DNA from: Saprospiraceae bacterium
Lineage (GTDB): Bacteria > Bacteroidota > Bacteroidia > Chitinophagales > Saprospiraceae
Assembly: GCA_044224705.1 (NCBI GenBank)
Contig: JBGAJY010000005.1
Coordinates: 2,220 to 66,219, forward strand
Length of the DNA stretch: 64,000 bases
Direction: 5' to 3'
The translations under genes were made by a program, and so were the position numbers. A model generated the notes under the pieces. The model was not told where the DNA came from, did no database searches, and saw only the letters and a list, made by a program, of their open reading frames with translations. Each line of letters starts with the position of its first letter. Position 1 is the stretch's first letter. Positions 60,665 through 64,000 of the stretch are shown here, piece after piece.

Positions 60665-60890
60665 ACCAAAATGTCACGGCTACGCCGTTCTTCACGGTGT
60701 CATCGTTGTTTTTACCAAAATGTCACGGCTACGCCGTTTTTCACGGTGTCATCGTCGTTTTTACCAAAATGTCACGGCTGCGCCGTTCTTCACGGTGTCA
60801 TCGTTGTTTTACCAAAATGTCACAGCTGCGCCGTTCTTCACGGTGTCATCGTCGTTTTTACCAAAATGTCACGGCTACGCAGTTTGCAAA
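60665..60890. repeat. Array of 5 REP-like units in the opposite orientation (48-49-nt period), core ACCAAAATGTCACGGCTACGCCGTTCTT
   Basis: Units start at 60665, 60714, 60763, 60811 and 60860. The core is the near reverse complement of the 60319-60625 core. The array ends at the stop of the MocR gene. Confidence 0.92.
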
Positions 60891-60892
60891 GA

Positions 60893-62371
60893 TTAAAAAA
60901 CCAATTGTTGCCCCACCACCTCCTTCAACACCCTCATCCCCCGCTCCATCTCCTCCTCATCCACCGACGCGAACCCCAGCCGCGTCGCGTTCAAATGCGC
61001 TCCGTAAACCGCCCCGTCTGAAATCAACAACCCTTTTTCGCGGCATTTCCGCGCCACCTCGGCAAGGGAAATGGACCGGTCGAGCCGCGCCCAAACCGCC
61101 AGTCCGCCCGTGGGCGGCGTGAATTCCAGGACATGCCCCAGTTCCGTTTTCAGCATTTCGCAAAACACGTCGCGGCGGCGGTGGTAGATTTTCTGCGCTT
61201 TTTTCAGGTGCCGGCGCATGTCGCCGTCGCGGAAGAGCACGGCCACTGCGCTTTCCAGCAGGTTGTCGCCCTGCCGGTCGATGATGCGCCGCAGGTTGGC
61301 CATGGCCTCGATCACCTCCGCCGGGGCGACCACGTAGCCGACGCGCAGGGCGGGGGAAAACACCTTGCTCAAAGAGCCGACGTACACCACATTCCGACCC
61401 GGGTCCGCGGCGGCGAGGGGCAGGATGGGGCTGCTGTCGTAGTGAAAATCGTAGTCGTAATCGTCTTCGAGGATGCAAAAGCCGTGTTCCCGCGCCAGTT
61501 GGAGCAGCCGCAGGCGGCGCTCGGCGGGCATGATCACCGTGGTCGGGTGCTGGTGGTGCGAGGTGACGTACACCATGCGGACCGACGTCGTTTGGCACAG
61601 TTGCGCAATGGCCTCCACGTCGATGCCCTGCTCGTCTACGGGCACGGTCAGGAGCGTGGCGCCGCCATGGTGCATGATCAGGTTGCAGGAGGCGTACGAT
61701 ACTTCGCCGACCACCACCACCTCGCCAGGCCGCAGGATGCATTGCACGGCGAGGTGGATGGCCATCATGGTGCCGCGCGTAATCAGCACATTATCCATAG
61801 AAATAGGCAGGCCCCGGCTCTCGCGGAGGTAGTCGGTCATGGCGTTGCGCAGCGAGGGTTCGCCGCTGGTGTCGCTGTAAAACAGCAGGTTTTTGCGGTA
61901 GCCCTGGCGCAGGGAAGTCCGGTAGGCGCGACTCAGGGCGTCCCATGGAGCGATGCGCACGTCGGGGAAGCCGTCGTCAAAGGCCAGGGCGTTGGAGCCT
62001 TTGGAGACGGGGAAGGCCAGCAGAGGGTTTTTTGTAAATGGAAACCCGGCTTTTGGCACGGCGCCGCCGGGCGGAGCGCCGGCGGCCTTTTCAAAAGCAA
62101 GCGGCTGAATGTCGGGCAATTTCGGGCTCACGAAGGTGCCGCGGGAGTTCTGCGTTTCGAGCCAACCCTGCGCCAGCAATTCCTCGTAGGCCGCGACGAC
62201 CGTTTTTCGGTGTACGCCAAGGGTTTCGGACATGCTGCGGGTGCCGGGCAGTTTGGCGCCCGCCGGGATGATTCCGCGGCGGATCTGCTCGGTCAGCCCC
62301 GTTGCGATTTGCAGGAAAACGGGCGTTTTGGCGGTTTTGTCGATGGAGAGGAGGGAGGAAAAGGGCAGCAT
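60893..62371 (-). CDS. MocR/PdxR-type regulator: GntR wHTH fused to a fold-type-I aminotransferase domain
   Basis: N-terminus 'PVFLQIATGLTEQIRRGIIPAGAKLPGTRSMSETLGVHRKTVVAAYEEL'. Aminotransferase body with 'YVGSLSKVFSPALRVGY' (PLP-Lys context). Confidence 0.85.
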   Translation of the reverse strand: MLPFSSLLSIDKTAKTPVFLQIATGLTEQIRRGIIPAGAKLPGTRSMSETLGVHRKTVVAAYEELLAQGWLETQNSRGTFVSPKLPDIQPLAFEKAAGAPPGGAVPKAGFPFTKNPLLAFPVSKGSNALAFDDGFPDVRIAPWDALSRAYRTSLRQGYRKNLLFYSDTSGEPSLRNAMTDYLRESRGLPISMDNVLITRGTMMAIHLAVQCILRPGEVVVVGEVSYASCNLIMHHGGATLLTVPVDEQGIDVEAIAQLCQTTSVRMVYVTSHHQHPTTVIMPAERRLRLLQLAREHGFCILEDDYDYDFHYDSSPILPLAAADPGRNVVYVGSLSKVFSPALRVGYVVAPAEVIEAMANLRRIIDRQGDNLLESAVAVLFRDGDMRRHLKKAQKIYHRRRDVFCEMLKTELGHVLEFTPPTGGLAVWARLDRSISLAEVARKCREKGLLISDGAVYGAHLNATRLGFASVDEEEMERGMRVLKEVVGQQLVF

Positions 62372-62388
62372 GGCAAGAAGAACGGCGC

Positions 62389-62423
62389 TACGTTTACGAA
62401 ACTTTCAAAGTTTCGTAAACGTA
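62389..62423. promoter_or_regulatory. 35-bp perfect palindrome in the MocR / DinB-PNPOx divergent region (candidate operator)
   Basis: TACGTTTACGAAACTTT-C-AAAGTTTCGTAAACGTA lies 18 nt upstream of the MocR start codon. No gene ends here, so it is not a terminator. Confidence 0.55.
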
Positions 62424-62439
62424 CGAAAAACCACCATCC

Positions 62440-62490
62440 GGACTACCCGGTATTTAAAAACCGGCCGATTCGGGTAGTCCAAAATCGGCC
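62440..62490. promoter_or_regulatory. Overlapping inverted repeats upstream of the DinB-family gene
   Basis: GGACTACCCG (62440-62449) pairs with CGGGTAGTCC (62471-62480). GGCCGATT (62463-62470) pairs with AATCGGCC (62483-62490). Confidence 0.4.
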
Positions 62491-62519
62491 TAATTTTGCA
62501 CCCTGAAAACAAACTTTTT

Positions 62520-63047
62520 ATGAAAAAATCAGCCCTCAGCTGGCCCCCCTGCTACTTCGACACTTACATCAACCAGGTGGACGACGTCGAACTCTCCGAA
62601 GCCTTTCAGCAAAGCATCGCCGCGCTGGATACCCTCGACCTCGAAAATCTCCACGCCATTGGTCATCAGGTGTATACACCCGGTAAATGGACGCTGCCGG
62701 ACCTGTTCCAGCACCTGATCGACACGGAGCGCGTGTTCTCCTACCGCGCCCTGCGCTTTGCCCGCAACGACAAAACGACGCTGCCGGGTTTTGACGAAAA
62801 CCTGTTTGCCGACAATGCAGGCGCCAACCGGCGCTCTATCGGGGATTTGCTGGAGGAGCTCCGCAGCGTCCGGACCAGTTCCATGCTGCTTTTTCAATCA
62901 TTTGATGACGAAGCCCTATGCCGTACCGGCGTGGCCTACCAGGCCGAATTGCCCGTGCTGGCCATTGGTTTTATCCTCGTCGGTCACCAGAACCACCACT
63001 TCCGCGTGATGGAAGAACGATATTTTCCTATCCTTGAAACGGCTTGA
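62520..63047 (+). CDS. DinB-family (DinB_2) four-helix metal-binding protein
   Basis: 'LFQHLIDTERVFSYRAL...', 'LL.HQNHHFRVM' His-triad-type pattern. ATG 62520 (MKKSALSW). Confidence 0.65.
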   Translation: MKKSALSWPPCYFDTYINQVDDVELSEAFQQSIAALDTLDLENLHAIGHQVYTPGKWTLPDLFQHLIDTERVFSYRALRFARNDKTTLPGFDENLFADNAGANRRSIGDLLEELRSVRTSSMLLFQSFDDEALCRTGVAYQAELPVLAIGFILVGHQNHHFRVMEERYFPILETA

Positions 63048-63056
63048 AATTGCGCT

Positions 63057-63707
63057 ATGAAAACAAAAAACACCCTCACCGAAGGCAGCCGCTACTACCC
63101 CAAACGTTACGATTTCGACCCCGCCAGCCGCGACGCCATTCTGGACGAAGGCCTCGTTTGTCACGTCTCTTTTACCCTTGACAACCAGCCGTTTATCCTC
63201 CCGACGGGCTATTGCCGCGCGGGCAACACCCTGTACCTGCACGGCTCCGTCGGCAGTCATTTTTTTATGCAAATGGCGCGGGGTATCCCCGTGTGCATCA
63301 GCGTGACCCTGCTGGACGGGCTGGTGCTGGCGCGCTCGGTGTTTCACCATTCGATGAACTACCGCTCCGTGGTGGCTTTCGGTAAAACGCGGCTCGTAGA
63401 ATCGGACGAGGAGCGCTGGCTGGCCGCCGAAAAATTCATGGACCACGTGATGCCAGGCCGCTGGGCCGATGCGCGCCAGCCCGACGCCGGCGACATGAAA
63501 AAAACGATGTTCATCGCCGTGGAAATGGACGAGGCTTCGGTCAAATTCCGCGATCACGGCGTACTGGACGATCCGGAAGACCTGGAACTCAACGTATGGG
63601 CGGGAGTGTTGCCGCTGAAACTCACGCCGCTGGCGCCCGTATCCGATGAAAGCGGCAAACCGGGGCTGTCGGTGCCGGCGTATGTGCTGAATGCCCCGCG
63701 TTTTTGA
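63057..63707 (+). CDS. Pyridoxamine-5'-phosphate-oxidase-like FMN-binding split-barrel protein
   Basis: 'CHVSFTLDNQPFILPTGYCRAGNTLYLHGS', 'HSMNYRSVVAFG' and 'FIAVEMDEASVKFR' are typical of the Pyridox_ox_2 family. The position next to a MocR regulator fits. Confidence 0.7.
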   Translation: MKTKNTLTEGSRYYPKRYDFDPASRDAILDEGLVCHVSFTLDNQPFILPTGYCRAGNTLYLHGSVGSHFFMQMARGIPVCISVTLLDGLVLARSVFHHSMNYRSVVAFGKTRLVESDEERWLAAEKFMDHVMPGRWADARQPDAGDMKKTMFIAVEMDEASVKFRDHGVLDDPEDLELNVWAGVLPLKLTPLAPVSDESGKPGLSVPAYVLNAPRF

Positions 63708-63759
63708 GATATCATCCCGATGCGAAATCAGGACAGGCTATTTTTCTGACAAAAGTTTC

Positions 63760-63874
63760 TGTAGACAGGACAAACATAATCAACAGGATGAAAGCATGGC
63801 GGCTTCACCGCCAGGTATGAGTAAGTCGGCGGAGCCGACGCTTTTCCTGTTGATCATGTTTGTCCTGTCTACAA
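63760..63874. repeat. MITE-like element: ~34-nt imperfect inverted repeats around a hairpin-rich ~46-nt core
   Basis: tgtagacaggacaaacataatcaacaggatgaaag compares with the reverse complement of cttttcctgttgatcatgtttgtcctgtctaca. The core contains ggcgg-cttca-ccgcc and gtcggc-gga-gccgac. Confidence 0.75.
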
Positions 63875-64000
63875 AACTCCACCTTGTCGCAAACGCCAGA
63901 CTTTTTTAGCTCCTCATTCGCATGGCCTGTCAATAAATTTACCAATCAACCGGTATAAAGCGATTTCGATGGAAATCCTGAACAGCACCCTCTCCGACCT

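Noticed and set aside
60319-60890. A regularly spaced repeat array that superficially resembles a CRISPR locus.
   Set aside because: The inter-repeat segments are not unique spacers. They are themselves conserved from unit to unit. The array switches orientation halfway, the periods are 48-58 nt, and no cas genes are present. The neighbouring gene is a Y1 transposase. REP/BIME-type repeats are the better explanation.
60292-61122. ORFs with MPRLRRS.../KCHGYAV... repeats (60292-60561, 60306-60593, 60618-60896, 60623-61021, 60697-61122).
   Set aside because: These are translations of the REP arrays in several frames. They have a periodic peptide sequence and no start context.

Overview
This 64-kb chromosomal window comes from a moderately GC-rich bacterium, probably a member of the Bacteroidota. 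That assignment is an inference from several features: T9SS-type C-terminal sorting domains on secreted proteins, the rpmB-rpmG-DUF4295 trio, TAnnTTTG-type -7 boxes, AT-rich leaders without Shine-Dalgarno sequences, and a TonB-dependent receptor with a CarbopepD-like N-terminus. Most of the window is ordinary housekeeping or envelope content. It holds an imelysin/DUF1111 iron-type pair, gmhA, a DapA-like aldolase, a phosphohexomutase, pcm, an RlmB-like methyltransferase, tRNA-Arg(ACG), the L28/L33/DUF4295 genes, two tandem APC permeases, hemD, a TPR/PMT-like membrane protein, a Dpm1-like GT2, gpsA, PhoD, and a MocR regulator with DinB and PNPOx-like neighbours. A same-strand sulfur locus runs sirC::tauE fusion, cysI, chrA, DUF2490, TonB receptor, cysJ, cobA, cysN, cysD, cysH.

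The stand-out feature is an AT-rich ~10-kb island (5580-15612) forming one tightly coupled four-gene operon. It encodes a 1794-aa protein with a degenerate methyltransferase-like N-terminus, histidine-kinase-like H-box and N-box motifs and a pseudo-receiver tail. The other three products are a 237-aa protein with no recognisable motif, a 586-aa protein with a receiver-like domain, and a 721-aa polytopic, Cys-rich membrane protein. I cannot assign this module to any named system. I flag it as a candidate undescribed phosphorelay-like signalling or defence module.

Secondary observations:
- Five genes of the sulfate-assimilation operon (cysJ N-terminus, cobA, cysN, cysD, cysH) are riddled with frameshifts, while all other large genes in the window are intact.
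- An 86-bp nested palindrome is inserted in cysJ, and its exact removal restores the reading frame.
- An IS200/RAYT-type transposase gene is flanked by opposed arrays of REP-like repeats.
- A four-helix-bundle (23S-IVS-type) gene is bracketed by inverted 14-nt tandem arrays.
- Inverted 9-nt tandem arrays form the leaders of two divergent genes.
- There is an unusually rich set of unrelated long perfect hairpins with 25-60-bp stems.

I saw no rRNA, CRISPR array or prophage.
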